Assembly (NCBI GenBank): GCA_030141605.1 | Contig: JAQGDQ010000028.1 | Coordinates: 868,001-932,000, forward strand | Direction: 5' to 3' | Source of the DNA: Tubiluchus corallicola | Lineage: Eukaryota > Animalia > Priapulida | Length of the DNA: 64,000 nucleotides | The notes under the pieces: generated by a model | What the model was told of the DNA's origin: nothing | Database searches by the model: none | The model's input: only the letters and a program-made list of their open reading frames with translations | Shown: positions 60,810 through 64,000 of the stretch, piece after piece | How positions within the stretch are numbered: position 1 is the first letter of the stretch | Layout: the number at the start of each line of letters is the position of its first letter | Position numbers and translations under genes: made by a program

Positions 60810-61709
60810 GTAAGTTGAGCTTATAATAATATTTATAGTGACAATGACAAATGTATTTCTGAATCGAATAGGCCTACTTTGGTTGATATGATATCTAGAC
60901 GGCAAGGAGGCCACCAGAAAGCTACTCGGAATTGAATCAAGGACTCTAGTTTTGAATTGTTGGTTTTTGTTAACACTCTCTATGAAACATACTCACTTAA
61001 CACTTAGCTTTTTCCACTGCTTCCTAGTTCTGTCATCAATAATGTGTTTCAAAGGCGTGCAATTATTGCGCAACAACAGTTTATCTTTCACCATAAATTG
61101 AAGGTGGCAATATGTACTGCCTGCTCAACTAACTTCAGAAAACTCGTTAGCCTGAACGGGGTGAACGCTCCGTGAGCTATTTGTAACATTACTGCTCTCA
61201 ACTTTTATTACTTAATAATATTATGTTTGTACCATAGTTTATGCAGCATTGTACTTAACATATTTGGCAGAATATCATAGCATATATTCGTTCCATTATA
61301 TTTATGTTTCTTTTTATCGTGCATGTTTTATTTTCCATTATTGATTCTTCAATTATAATTTATTTTCTTCTTTGGTTTGATCTGATTTGGTTCCCTTGTT
61401 TTATAGTTTAACCAGTTATTTATATAATTTACAGATGTTTTGAGTACCATTGCATATTTCCATTTTTATTACATTATTTCCTTACCATGTAGTCTGTTTA
61501 GTTACCTCGTCTTTCATACATATTTTGTGCCTGCTAGATTTTTCAGTTGGGAAGGGTAGCTGACTTTGATGACCAATTGATCCTTTGCTATCCCTTCTCT
61601 TGCACTCTCCGAACGTTATTAAAAAAATAAAAATCGAATCCCATTGATCGTCTCTGTTACAGCTGAAACTTTGGTGGTGGCAGATGTTTTTGCTCTTTTG
61701 ATTTTACAG

Positions 61710-61827
61710 CATGTAGCAAGTGAAATTTGCCTAGTCGACGTTATTGCTGAGAAACTACGTGGAGAAATGATGGATCTACAACACGGACTGTCTTTTATTA
61801 AAAAGATAACAGTCAAAGCTGATACAG
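61710..61827 (+). CDS. LDH: LDH coding exon 2
   Basis: ttttacag acceptor. HVASEICLVDVIAEKLRGEMMDLQHGLSFIKKITVKADT, 118 nt. Confidence 0.95.
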
Positions 61828-62410
61828 GTATACAGGACTCAGTCAGCAATCAGTCATATGTTAGATGTGTATGAGTTTTGGTCAATAGCCCACACTCTGC
61901 ATTGTGCTATTAATGAAAGGAGTTAAAATATCGAGTCTGGTCGTTAAATGGATGGATCACGTGAACGTGTTCGCCTGTCACATCGAACTGCCTTATTCAC
62001 TAAAGGATGATATATACGAATCTGAAAGAGGTCAGTCTGTGATTTACCTCTATGATTCATTATCTCATCTTTGAGGATTATTATTTAGTTATCTAGGTTC
62101 CCAGTTCGTTATAAGACCATCTACATCAAGGAATTGTTGATTGTTGGATGTCAGCTTGTTGTATGTAAAACTCATAACAGAAGTGTGACAAATTTCAGTA
62201 ATCAAGCCAGGCCATGAGTTAGAAATTGATCAGCTACATGGAAAATGAAATTCTGATGTTTTACAAAATGTCATGTCATATCAAAAATTCCACCAAGTTG
62301 AAGGAAGGCCAATTCTAGTATTTGTATAAAAAATTCTTGGCGTGAAAGAATAATTTGAAAAATTTCGTTCGCTAAAATGTAAATGCAATCATTTTTTTAT
62401 AATTTTGTAG

Positions 62411-62521
62411 ATTATAAAGTATCTGCTGGTTCGAAAATTTGCATAGTAACAGCTGGAGCACGTCAGCGGGAAGGAGAAACACGACTAGACCTTGTGCAGA
62501 AAAATGTCAACATTTTTAAAC
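62411..62521 (+). CDS. LDH: LDH coding exon 3
   Basis: [37 protein letters not shown]. The Gln in GARQ is the LDH (not MDH) specificity residue. Donor gtgagt. Confidence 0.95.
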
Positions 62522-62625
62522 GTGAGTCTGATTATCTTAATTCCCAAATTCTTTAAATGCAATAATCTGTATATTAAGCATGTCAATATTTAATCATTCT
62601 TTCGAATACACATCTGTGTACACCC

Positions 62626-62695
62626 TCACATACACACACCAGCACACACCTGCACACACACACACACACACGCACACACGCGCACACACACACAC

Positions 62696-62779
<84 letters not shown>

Positions 62780-63162
62780 CTTAACAACTTAACATGACGA
62801 CAGTGATGGCGTCATTCCTGAAGTGCCTTCAAATACTCTGCCTTGTTTATTTTTCTGTTTTACTTAGGTTGTAATCTGTAACTTCATTTTTTACATCTTT
62901 GTACCGTGCAAATCGCTTAGTTAGTAGTATGTATTGATAAATTCCAAAGATAGTTCGGCTGTGTTCAGTTTTATCGTCTGATAATTTCGGCAAAGAGTCG
63001 GAGTCGAACGACTTACAGCGAGTGTAGCCAAAGATTGAACAAACAAAGATACTTTTGTAACCAGTGATAATAGAGCGAATATAGTTGTTGAAATCAGCAA
63101 AGGCTAATTAACCTGTAAATGGTACAGACTCACACACACACACACACGCACGCACGCACGCA

Positions 63163-63198
<36 letters not shown>
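62626..63198 (+). repeat. Microsatellite-containing unit, copy B (circular permutation of 40929-41443), in an LDH intron
   Basis: Order: (CA)n, (GA)n, core, CAGCAAA (63095-63101), head, (CA)n. Confidence 0.9.
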
Positions 63199-63199
<1 letters not shown>

Positions 63200-63678
63200 C
63201 ATAACTTCAATTTAATTAAAAATAACCTAATTTTGTAATTGTATTGTTTTTGGCATGTAACTAAATGTTCAGAATATGATGTCATAAAGTTAAAAAGGAA
63301 TTTAAATCCGTTTTATTCATGACCTTCTGCTGCATATATCTAAAAAACTGATAATCAAAATAAAATAAAATCAGGGAGAGGAGCTGTTGCTGATATTATG
63401 CAGTTGAATTATTTTGTATAGGAGTATAAAGGTAATCTAACATAATATTGCTTCATTGTAATTTAAGTGTAATATAATTCACTGTGATAATAAAACAATA
63501 AAAAGATTATTAAAGGATATTGTATTATCAAAAATGTTTTATCCTGCTGTTTAATTAGACCCACACTCTCTGTGTACTTTCCATTAACCCCAATTTCTCG
63601 CTTCTTTACTTTCAGTTCTTTTTTGGTTGTTATTCTTTCATACACTGCAACTATTGTTCACTATTAATGTTTTCACAG

Positions 63679-63770
63679 ATATCATCCCACAGTTGGTGAA
63701 GTATAGTCCTGACACTATACTGCTCATTGTTTCAAACCCTGTTGATGTGCTTACATATGTAGCTTGGAAG
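63679..63770 (+). CDS. LDH: LDH coding exon 4
   Basis: tttcacag acceptor. (H)[30 protein letters not shown]. Donor gtaaat. Confidence 0.95.
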
Positions 63771-63980
63771 GTAAATAGACCTTGTTTCTTAATTAAAAAT
63801 TACAGTGAAATAAATTACTATGATAAAAAATTTTTAATTGACGTTTTTGTTGCTAACATTTTTATTGATGGTCAAATTTTTCATTTTCCTATCTGACAGT
63901 TGTAAAGATTTACAGAACTATTTATGGTTGCAATGTTGCTCTAAATATTTGCACTGTAAATCCTCTCCAATGTTTTTTAG

Positions 63981-64000
63981 TTAAGCGGTCTTCCTAAACA
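63981..64000 (+). CDS. LDH: LDH coding exon 5 (truncated by the window end)
   Basis: tgttttttag acceptor, then LSGLPK, continuing the conserved AWKLSGLP. Confidence 0.85.

Overview
AT-rich, repeat-laden, intron-containing animal genomic DNA. An invertebrate deuterostome such as an echinoderm is plausible, but that is inference. Four protein-coding genes are supported. (1) A minus-strand, five-exon secreted protein with signal peptide, atypical Kunitz, LDLa and canonical Kunitz domains (15909 to ~6294), plus a frameshifted duplicate Kunitz pseudo-exon. (2) An achaete-scute (ASCL) proneural bHLH gene with an uninterrupted CDS (30923-31645) in a long gene-free region. (3) A two-exon ELOVL6/3-type fatty-acid elongase (45874-48963). 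(4) The 5' half of L-lactate dehydrogenase (60660 to the window end). Mobile DNA includes a near-intact RTE LINE with a 14-bp TSD, an internally deleted RTE derivative with its own TSD, CR1, RTE-X-like and L2/Crack-like relics, a tRNA-derived SINE, and several MITE/foldback elements. The most unusual signal is a ~515-bp unit present twice as circular permutations of each other (40929-41443 and ~62626-63198), which suggests spread via a circular intermediate. All calls come from reading the sequence by eye; no searches were run.
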